Positions 10,746-17,841 of a stretch of 64,000 nt of DNA are shown piece by piece. Both the position numbers and the translations under genes were made by a program. The DNA comes from Candidatus Altimarinota bacterium (GTDB lineage Bacteria > Patescibacteriota > Gracilibacteria > UBA4473), in assembly GCA_018608565.1 (NCBI GenBank), contig JABAZT010000020.1, positions 60,202 through 124,201 of the forward strand, read 5' to 3'. Position 1 is the first letter of the stretch. Every line of letters starts with the position of its first letter. The notes beneath the pieces were generated by a model. It had not been told where the DNA came from and did not search any database. It saw nothing but the letters and a program-made list of their open reading frames with translations.

Positions 10746-12182
10746 TTACGTTATATAATAAGAGGATTCCTGTTTATAAAGACTAGCCCCTCTTTCACCA
10801 GGCTTCGTCCCTCCTTCTCCATCACCTGGATCAACAGCTCGGACAATCACATTCACAATAGCAAACGCTAGGAACACAACCACCAACCCAACTACACACC
10901 AGATAATAATCTTTTTTGATTTTTCAAGCTGACCATCATCACCAAAGTGAAGAATCATCATAACTCCCGCATAAATAATCGCGATAACGGCAACTATAAC
11001 TATAAACGTTAAGAGATACCGAACCCATCCAATAACAAGTCTTTTTAAATTCGTATTAGTTGTAATACCAGCCCCCTTCCCCTTGTTGACCTCTCCCAAT
11101 TTTTCACCAGTCAACTTTCCTCCTTCTTCTAGACCAATTCCACAGAAAACAGTCTGTCCTTCACAATCCTTTTCTTCCGCAGCCTCTGTATCGACTCCTT
11201 TTATCTCTGCCGACTTATCTCTTCCATCCTCACCTTCTTTACGACCCTCCCCATCATCTTCTGATGGAGCGGCTCCTTGTCCCGCCTCATTCTGCGCAGT
11301 TCCTTTTGGTTGATATTGGTCAAAAAAACCACCAGCCGTACTCCCTTGAGGCCCACTACCATCCGGCATATTATTTCCAGTTCCAAGATCTACCCAGTTT
11401 TGAGTTTTTTGAATATGAGTACTACTCCACTCACTCTCACTTACAGAAGATCCATCTGGATTAATTTTTACACTACTACTTCCACTATACTTCAACGCAC
11501 TAGTAGGAGTTACATATCCTCCCTCATTCTCAGTTCCTGATTCATACCCCGTTCCATATTTGACTGGAACTCCATTTTCATACACAAGCTCTTCTGCTTG
11601 TACATACTCCGTTGCAGGCCTAGATCCAGCAATAGACTCTGTCTTAGAATTCGTTTTTACAGTTTCACCAGTAAATCCATCGTAATACTCACTGTCGGTT
11701 GTCTGAGTTCTGATTACATTTCCATTTTCATCCACTCTATAGGTATTATCTATCTGTTGATTCGTACTCGTTTCTTTGGTTGTCGTTGACACCGTTCCTC
11801 CATGTGTCGTCCCAGTAGCACCCTCAGGAAGCGTCGGCAACTGGCTTCTTCTTCTGATTTCCTGATTGTAGGCCTGTAATCGACTATTGATCCCCTCAAG
11901 CTCAGTTTTATATCGAGATTCAGCCTCAGTATTTCCTCGAGTTTGAGCATCACGAAGCAACTGCGTCTTGATCTCTAGTTCACTTTGATCTAGCTTCAAA
12001 AACTGCCCTAACTGAGAGTCAGACCAACTTTGCAGCTCATCAGACTGAGCCAATAGGGTCCCACCCATCAAGAGCACTAACACTAAACCAAGACGTAAAT
12101 ATCGTAATATCATCTCGTGATTATACCACAGATAAAGCTTTTTATCTAGTCTTTCCTCAATAAAATATTTAATCCAAAACAA
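10746..12182 (-). CDS. secreted G/S/T-rich protein with C-terminal TrbC/VirB2-like 2-TM hairpin
   Basis: 478-aa ORF. Likely start is M24 (about 12113), giving signal peptide 'MILRYLRLGLVLVLLMGGTLLAQS'. C-terminal 'VRYLLTFIVIVAVIAIIYAGVMMILHFGDDGQLEKSKKIIIWCVVGLVVVFLAFAIVNVI' is clearly homologous to the hairpin of the next gene. Confidence 0.7.
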   Translation of the reverse strand: MFWIKYFIEERLDKKLYLWYNHEMILRYLRLGLVLVLLMGGTLLAQSDELQSWSDSQLGQFLKLDQSELEIKTQLLRDAQTRGNTEAESRYKTELEGINSRLQAYNQEIRRRSQLPTLPEGATGTTHGGTVSTTTKETSTNQQIDNTYRVDENGNVIRTQTTDSEYYDGFTGETVKTNSKTESIAGSRPATEYVQAEELVYENGVPVKYGTGYESGTENEGGYVTPTSALKYSGSSSVKINPDGSSVSESEWSSTHIQKTQNWVDLGTGNNMPDGSGPQGSTAGGFFDQYQPKGTAQNEAGQGAAPSEDDGEGRKEGEDGRDKSAEIKGVDTEAAEEKDCEGQTVFCGIGLEEGGKLTGEKLGEVNKGKGAGITTNTNLKRLVIGWVRYLLTFIVIVAVIAIIYAGVMMILHFGDDGQLEKSKKIIIWCVVGLVVVFLAFAIVNVIVRAVDPGDGEGGTKPGERGASLYKQESSYYIT

Positions 12183-12219
12183 CTAGCCCCTTCATTATAA
12201 ATTTTCTATACTCACTTCC

Positions 12220-12801
12220 ATGAAACCTTTCAAAATTCAGTCACAGAAAACCCTTATCAACGTTCCATTTTGTCATGTGGAACACCAAATCGTAGAAATC
12301 CCAAACGGAGAGACTCGAGACTGGTACCTCTATCATAGTAAAGATGCGGTTGTCATCATCCCACAACTTTCTGACGGACAAATCCTACTCCAAAAAAATT
12401 ACAAACACGGATCCGGACAAAATATCATAGAATTTCCCGCTGGAATCATAGATGAACAAGAGCTCTCCTCTTCCAACCAGAAAGAGACTCTGGATGAGGA
12501 TATCACAAAGGCTCAAATACTTTCGGCCGCCACACGGGAACTCGCAGAAGAAACTGGATATACGAGTCAAAAAATGACACTTCTTGGTTCCATGTACGCC
12601 AATCCTACTAGCTCTCCAATGCAGTATCACATCGTCCTCGCACAAGACTGTAAACTCACACAAGAACCAGACAGAGAACCCGAAGAACAGATCGAAACAT
12701 TTCTGGTCAAAGACATCCAAACGGCTAAAAAACTGTTAACACAACCAAAAAACAAATCTTCTGCAGCTACATTGGCATCTTTATCTCTTATGCAAAGATA
12801 A
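12220..12801 (+). CDS. NUDIX hydrolase (ADP-ribose pyrophosphatase-like)
   Basis: 193 aa. Nudix box elements 'GIIDEQE' and 'RELAEETGY' are present but separated by 24 rather than 7 residues. Confidence 0.75.
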   Translation: MKPFKIQSQKTLINVPFCHVEHQIVEIPNGETRDWYLYHSKDAVVIIPQLSDGQILLQKNYKHGSGQNIIEFPAGIIDEQELSSSNQKETLDEDITKAQILSAATRELAEETGYTSQKMTLLGSMYANPTSSPMQYHIVLAQDCKLTQEPDREPEEQIETFLVKDIQTAKKLLTQPKNKSSAATLASLSLMQR

Positions 12802-12858
12802 TTATTGACTTTTTGGTAATTAGGGCGTAAATTGATAAATAATTTAAAAAAATAAAAA

Positions 12859-13263
12859 ATGACAGAAGGCGATCCACTATACACAGATGCCGATAATATT
12901 TTTGAAACAGAAGCAAAGCTAGCGGTTCAGAATATTAGTAATATTGATGCCCCAACATTAAACCAACTATCCAACAATGAAAAATCCAACCTCAGGGCTC
13001 AAATCATAAACAAAGCTATGAACCTGGCTAAAACCGCAGTCCGAGAATATCCATATTCAAAAAACTTAGTTCTTGCCGAGCTAATCATTCGCAAACTTTC
13101 ACAAGCCTATCAACCAAGCGACGAAGTCGAAGCAATAAGAGAAGAAGCTTTTGGGAAAAGTACAGAAAACAATGGTCAAAACAAAAATATTGAAGCTGGA
13201 ATGAGCTATGCAATATATATAGCAAAAACAAAAGAAGCAGTAGAGAAAGAAATCAGCTCTTGA
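12859..13263 (+). CDS. hypothetical protein
   Basis: 134-aa ORF with helical composition and no recognised motifs. Confidence 0.4.
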   Translation: MTEGDPLYTDADNIFETEAKLAVQNISNIDAPTLNQLSNNEKSNLRAQIINKAMNLAKTAVREYPYSKNLVLAELIIRKLSQAYQPSDEVEAIREEAFGKSTENNGQNKNIEAGMSYAIYIAKTKEAVEKEISS

Positions 13264-13289
13264 CACAAAAGAATAAATCGATAAAAACA

Positions 13290-13502
13290 ATGGGAAGTCA
13301 AAGACCGCCAGTATTTTTCATTAGAAAATATGAACCTGGCCGAGACGGAAAGAGTCACTGTTCACTGTAAATTCTACACTGTTCACTCACTCCGGTCGTT
13401 CCTCTCGAATATCAGGTCATTTGTTTCGCACAAAACCTGTTTTTTTACACGCTAATAGCTACTGGCTACAAGCCGAAAAAACAGAATCTAAACCAAAAAA
13501 CC
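13290..13502 (+). promoter_or_regulatory. possible rplJ (L10) leader / regulatory region
   Basis: 213-nt untranslated stretch directly upstream of rplJ. It has GC-rich patches in an AT-rich context and an 11-bp direct repeat 'cactgttcact' at 13356-13366 and 13377-13387. Position matches where L10-leader elements occur; the fold was not verified. Confidence 0.3.
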
Positions 13503-14054
13503 ATGGCAACTACAAAAGCCAAAAAACAAGATCAGCTAACTGCTTTAATCGAAAAATTTAAAGCTTCTCAAGGAGTGGCGTTTATTTCATTTAACCAAGC
13601 TACCGTTATGGACGTGCAAGCGGCCCGACGAGATCTTCGAGAAAATGGAATGAGCTACGTCGTTATCAAGAAAACATTGATGGCGATCGCTGCAAAAGAA
13701 GCTGGAATTTGTGAATTTGATTCAGACGATCTAGAAGGAAATGTAGCCGTAATCGTATCTGAAACAGACGCGATTGCTCCATCTGCAGCCATCAAGAAAC
13801 TCATCAAACTTCACTACAACAAGGTAGAAAAAACTTCTAAGTTTGATTATGCAGGTGCAATTTTTGAAGGAAAATTCCAAGACAAAGCCGCTACGGCAAT
13901 ACTTGCGGAAACTCCAACACGAGAAGAATCACTGGCGAAAATCGTCGGAGCTCTTCGAAGTGGACCTCAAAAACTACACTCTGTATTCCAATCAGGACTC
14001 AGAAAAAATATCAACGTGCTCCAAAATGCAGACAAGTTTGCAAAGGCAGCATAA
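13503..14054 (+). CDS. rplJ: 50S ribosomal protein L10
   Basis: 183 aa with L10-like sequence ('...ISFNQATVMDVQAARRDLRENG...'), immediately upstream of L7/L12. Confidence 0.9.
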   Translation: MATTKAKKQDQLTALIEKFKASQGVAFISFNQATVMDVQAARRDLRENGMSYVVIKKTLMAIAAKEAGICEFDSDDLEGNVAVIVSETDAIAPSAAIKKLIKLHYNKVEKTSKFDYAGAIFEGKFQDKAATAILAETPTREESLAKIVGALRSGPQKLHSVFQSGLRKNINVLQNADKFAKAA

Positions 14055-14122
14055 ATCACTGGCAAAAAGCAATACGCTACCAGCCATTAATCAAAAAACT
14101 AATTACCTAATTTACAATTACC

Positions 14123-14518
14123 ATGTCAGACGAAACAACAACAGTCGAACTATCAAAAACTGAAAAAGCTGTAGTAGACGCTATCGAAAAACTAACTGTT
14201 ATCGAAGCTAACAACGTAGCTAAATACTTTGAAGAAGAATACGGAATCACTGCTGCTGCAGCGCCAGCTGCAGGAGGTGCAGCACCAGCTGCAGAGGAAG
14301 AAGAAGCTAAATCAAGCTACAACGTAGTACTTAAAGATTGTGGAGCTCAAAAAATCGCAGTTATTAAAGTAGTACGAGAAGTTACAGGTCTTGGTCTTGG
14401 AGAAGCTAAAGCACTAGCAGAAGGAGGAGGAACTTTGAAAGAAAACGCTAAACCAGAAGAAGCGGAAGAAATCAAAAAGAAATTCGAAGATGCAGGAGCT
14501 ACTGTTGAACTTCAGTAG
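14123..14518 (+). CDS. rplL: 50S ribosomal protein L7/L12
   Basis: 131 aa. Ala-rich hinge 'AAAAPAAGGAAPAAEEEE' and C-terminal 'VIKVVREVTGLGLGEAKALAEGG...KKKFEDAGATVELQ'. Confidence 0.95.
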   Translation: MSDETTTVELSKTEKAVVDAIEKLTVIEANNVAKYFEEEYGITAAAAPAAGGAAPAAEEEEAKSSYNVVLKDCGAQKIAVIKVVREVTGLGLGEAKALAEGGGTLKENAKPEEAEEIKKKFEDAGATVELQ

Positions 14519-14564
14519 TTTTTATTTTATTACTCTTCTTCAGAAGAGAAATCGAAACAAAACA

Positions 14565-14593
14565 AAAAAACCAGACATATGTCTGGTTTTTTT
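14565..14593 (+). terminator. rho-independent terminator after rplL (bidirectional architecture)
   Basis: 'aaaaaa ccagacatatgtctgg ttttttt': perfect palindromic stem with an A-tract before and a T-tract after. Confidence 0.8.
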
Positions 14594-14601
14594 AGTAGTT
14601 C

Positions 14602-14727
14602 AATCCACCCCCTGCCCCCTCCTTTATCAAGGAGGGGAATCAGCACAAGTCTCCCTTGCTTAAGGTGAATTGTGCTTCTAGCACAAGAGAGTATCCCCTG
14701 GGGGAAAAAGGGAGATTTAGAGGGATT
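14602..14727. repeat. MITE-like dispersed element, copy A
   Basis: Shares the core 'aaggtgaattgtgct.ctag.acaagagag', 'tttatcaagg.ag' and the end motif 'gagatttagagggatt' with copy B (47963-48118) and the partial copy at 15637-15662. ORF 14530..14730 is an artefact of this element. Confidence 0.7.
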
Positions 14728-14730
14728 CAA

Positions 14731-14760
14731 AAAAACCAGATCAATTGATCTGGTTTTTTT
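14731..14760 (-). terminator. rho-independent terminator (bidirectional) after the 14760..15176 ORF
   Basis: 'aaaaaa ccagatcaattgatctgg ttttttt', near-twin of the terminator at 14565-14593. Confidence 0.75.
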
Positions 14761-15176
14761 TATATCCTAAATTCATCAATTTTCCAATCACCACCTTCAT
14801 TTAGATAAGAAAATTGTTCAATAAAACCTGAGTGAGATCTATAAAACTGATCTGCAATAATACAATCTAAATCATATTGTTTCCTCGCTTCCGTTGGAAT
14901 ATCCGAAACATAAATAACAGATCCTTGATCCATAATAATAGGAGTTCCATCCTCCAGAACTGCAACCTGATCCAACTTAACAACATCCCCAATCATTCTA
15001 TCCCAAAACCAAACCGCCGGAGTTTGCTGAAGTCCGTACCATAATAAAAAATTCACAACCATTTCCGGATCTGACTGTTCTTCAAATTCTTGTTCAAACT
15101 CGGCAAAAGACATAACACATAACACAAAATCTAACCGAACCGCCTTAAATTCTACTGTCTCCAAAACAGGCAACAC
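14760..15176 (-). CDS. C-terminal part of a kinase-like (APH/protein-kinase fold) reading frame; begins with GTG in the track
   Basis: 138-aa ORF, in frame with 15228..15668 and separated from it only by a TGA plus 17 open codons. Contains 'FWDRMIGDV' and 'IIMDQGS', resembling degenerate HxD and DFG segments. Confidence 0.45.
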   Translation of the reverse strand: MLPVLETVEFKAVRLDFVLCVMSFAEFEQEFEEQSDPEMVVNFLLWYGLQQTPAVWFWDRMIGDVVKLDQVAVLEDGTPIIMDQGSVIYVSDIPTEARKQYDLDCIIADQFYRSHSGFIEQFSYLNEGGDWKIDEFRI

Positions 15177-15227
15177 ATGAGGAGCTCTAGGCGGAGTATG
15201 AGTTTCAATAAATTCAGAAATTTGAGG

Positions 15228-15668
15228 TCATCGAATCCTTAAAGCCAAATAATCATTACACTTCAAAATCACAGCATTATGACCAGCCCCTAGATATTCA
15301 AATTCAAAAAAACCTTGGTGATCTTCTAAGTAATCTGAAATTTGATCTACAAATCCTGAATTCAAAACAAAATCAGCCGCACGATTATTAGCCTGTGTAG
15401 AAGCATAAGAATTAGAACGAGCAACCTCCAAGCCCTCTTTAAATGTTATTTTCTTAGATTCAATCTCCTTACTACACCGAAATGAAATCAAATTTATAAA
15501 TTTAGACAAAAAACCAGTAAGTCCTTTTTCTTTATTATCTGAATGACAGTCAAACCTTTCCATATAAAACAAAAATAACAACAAATGAGCGAAAAGTAAA
15601 GAGGGATCTTCGCATAAAAAAATCATTTCCTCCTTCTCAAAGGGAGATTTAGAGGGATTTATCTTCAC
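15228..15668 (-). CDS. N-terminal part of the kinase-like reading frame (Gly-rich loop), ends at an in-frame TGA
   Basis: 146-aa ORF. The first 14 codons derive from a repeat fragment, so the likely start is M15 (about 15626). The C-terminus 'YLGAGHNAVILKCNDYLALRIR' resembles the Gly-loop and beta3 of a kinase N-lobe. Confidence 0.45.
   Translation of the reverse strand: MKINPSKSPFEKEEMIFLCEDPSLLFAHLLLFLFYMERFDCHSDNKEKGLTGFLSKFINLISFRCSKEIESKKITFKEGLEVARSNSYASTQANNRAADFVLNSGFVDQISDYLEDHQGFFEFEYLGAGHNAVILKCNDYLALRIR
15637..15662. repeat. partial (end-only) copy of the MITE-like element
   Basis: 'aagggagatttagagggattt', identical to the right end of copy A. Confidence 0.6.
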
Positions 15669-15741
15669 TCCTCTTGCTACTCTCCATTACCGCCCTAAAA
15701 TAATCCAGAAAAAAATATAATCTCTCAACCGACTCAACTGC

Positions 15742-17505
15742 ATGAAAAAAATATGGTACAAATACAAGCAACAGCTCAGATTATGGATGAATGGACAAAC
15801 ATGGGGTGAAATCATAGACCAAGGATTTGGACGTCTTGCCATACTCAAACGAACCGGAGAAGAAAAAGCAGAAATATCCATCAATATCACCGAAACTCTC
15901 AAGCAAAAAAAACTCTACTGGATCGAAATCATTCTCAGTAGCCTCATTGCTACCTTTGGACTCCTCCAGGGATCTGTCGCAGTAATTATCGGAGCGATGC
16001 TAATCGCCCCGCTCATGCAGCCAATACAAGGAATGGCTTTTGCCATATCTACCGGAAGACAAAAAGCCTTTTGGCGTTCAGCCAAAGTACTCGCGGGAAG
16101 TATTGTCATATCAATTTTCCTTTCTTACCTCGTATGCCTTATTGCTCCATTTAAGACTGAAAACAGTGAAATAATAGCCCGAACAGCTCCAAACCTCTTT
16201 GACCTATTTATCGCGATCCTCTCTGCCATTGTTGCCTTTATGGCTATAGGGTACAAAAAACTCTCTGAATCTGTTGCCGGAGTAGCCATGGCCGCATCTC
16301 TCATGCCACCACTCGCCGTCGTTGGAATTGAGATCTGTTTTGGATCTTTGAGCAAATCTTGGGGAAGTTTTCTGCTCTTTTTTACCAATCTCGTAGCCAT
16401 TCTACTAGTAGGAACCATCATGTTCATAATGTATGGATTCAATCCTCACGAAGAACAATCAACCAAAACCGTCAAACGACTCGGGATGATAATCGTGATA
16501 ATAATTATCCTTTGGCTTCCTCTTATGTCTGGGCTTACCCGAATTAGTGAAAAACGAGACATAGAACTCTACTCAAAAGAAACACTGAGCCATACACTCT
16601 CAAAAGTAATACCAGAAGCGCAAATACAAAGGCTCAACATCGTCGACTACACCGAAGACGCTATTCATATCTCAGGAGAAATAAAACTTCCAGAAAATGT
16701 CCAACTCTTCACCGAAATTATCGATGAAATAAATCAACAAATGTCAGAAAAAATAGGGAAAGAAGTCCAACTTGAAATAGATATTATTCGAACCGCGTCA
16801 GTAATCGCAAAACAAAGTGACCCAATCCCTCAGCCCAAAGAAATACTCAAAAAAGCGACACGCGAAATACTGCTCGCCCAAGCCCCAAACACGATTATCC
16901 TTACACTCGAAACACTCGATATTTCAACAGAATTCTTACCAGATCGATGGTCAATAAAAACCGTCTATGCACTTCCTTCTGGAGAATTCATGGAAGAATC
17001 CACAAGAACCAATATTGAATCCACACTAGTAAATCAATTTCCAGGAAAAAAACTCAAATTCCTCTGGTTTCCAGTCTCACAACGAACTATCAGTAAGCCA
17101 AGCACTGAAGTGCATAAACCTTCTCCAGAAGAGATTACACAGACCAAATTAGAACAAAAATGGTCTCAATTTCTAGTCGATCAAGCCACTGATGAGATTA
17201 ATTTTGAAAATTTAAAAATAACCTGGAGTGAAGAAGAAGTAGAAAAAGAAGCCCCGACCGAACCTGATACAAATCAAACAGCAAGTATCATTGAAAATAC
17301 ACGAGAACAAGAACTTAAGGCTCCTTCAGAAAAAGTTCTAGAAAAGAATAATACAACAATTATGAAGATAATAATAAAATTTGATCTTTATACACTTGAA
17401 GGAGCCAATCTAGAAAAATTTAGACAAGAACTAGAAGCACAAAAACAAATCGCTCTCCCTGATGAAGTAAACATACGATACAGAGTATTTGAATACAACA
17501 ACTAA
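15742..17505 (+). CDS. DUF389-family membrane protein with long C-terminal extension
   Basis: 587 aa. Multiple TM helices with 'IGAMLIAPLMQPIQG', recalled as the DUF389 signature, followed by a soluble K/E-rich tail. Confidence 0.55.
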   Translation: MKKIWYKYKQQLRLWMNGQTWGEIIDQGFGRLAILKRTGEEKAEISINITETLKQKKLYWIEIILSSLIATFGLLQGSVAVIIGAMLIAPLMQPIQGMAFAISTGRQKAFWRSAKVLAGSIVISIFLSYLVCLIAPFKTENSEIIARTAPNLFDLFIAILSAIVAFMAIGYKKLSESVAGVAMAASLMPPLAVVGIEICFGSLSKSWGSFLLFFTNLVAILLVGTIMFIMYGFNPHEEQSTKTVKRLGMIIVIIIILWLPLMSGLTRISEKRDIELYSKETLSHTLSKVIPEAQIQRLNIVDYTEDAIHISGEIKLPENVQLFTEIIDEINQQMSEKIGKEVQLEIDIIRTASVIAKQSDPIPQPKEILKKATREILLAQAPNTIILTLETLDISTEFLPDRWSIKTVYALPSGEFMEESTRTNIESTLVNQFPGKKLKFLWFPVSQRTISKPSTEVHKPSPEEITQTKLEQKWSQFLVDQATDEINFENLKITWSEEEVEKEAPTEPDTNQTASIIENTREQELKAPSEKVLEKNNTTIMKIIIKFDLYTLEGANLEKFRQELEAQKQIALPDEVNIRYRVFEYNN

Positions 17506-17765
17506 TACTTTAATTACATATCAAATAAAAGTGATTATTTATGGGAAATAAAAACCTTAAACAAAAAAGAGCCCAAATTAAGGTTGGAATTTATAATAAT
17601 ACTATTAAAATCTTCACGTTCCTGATCCTGTTCAGAATCAGGGCTCCTAAAAATCGTGATTACAAATAAAAAAACCATAGATTTTTGGGAAGAGGAAGAG
17701 ATTACAGAATGTCGAAGAAAGTTTTTGCAAAAAATTATCGAAGACATGCAGTCATCTCTAACGAC

Positions 17766-17841
17766 GGGCCGGTAGCTCAGTGGTTAGAGCAGGGCGCTCA
17801 TAACGCCTTTGTCGCTAGTTCAATTCTAGCTCGGCCCACCA
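17766..17841 (+). tRNA. tRNA with CAT anticodon, elongator type (Ile2-lysidine-like or Met), CCA encoded
   Basis: Manual cloverleaf, 76 nt. Acceptor GGGCCGG/TCGGCCC, D arm gctc-agtggtta-gagc, anticodon loop ctCATaa, T arm gctag-ttcaatt-ctagc. G1-C72 pair and no GGG/CCC anticodon stem, so not an initiator. Closely resembles E. coli ileX, including C4-G69 and C5-G68. Confidence 0.9.

Noticed and set aside
14530-14730. A 66-aa ORF ('MNPSKSPFFPQG...') on the minus strand.
   Set aside because: It lies entirely within the dispersed repeat element between two terminators. The same peptide-like string recurs wherever the repeat occurs, so it is a repeat artefact.
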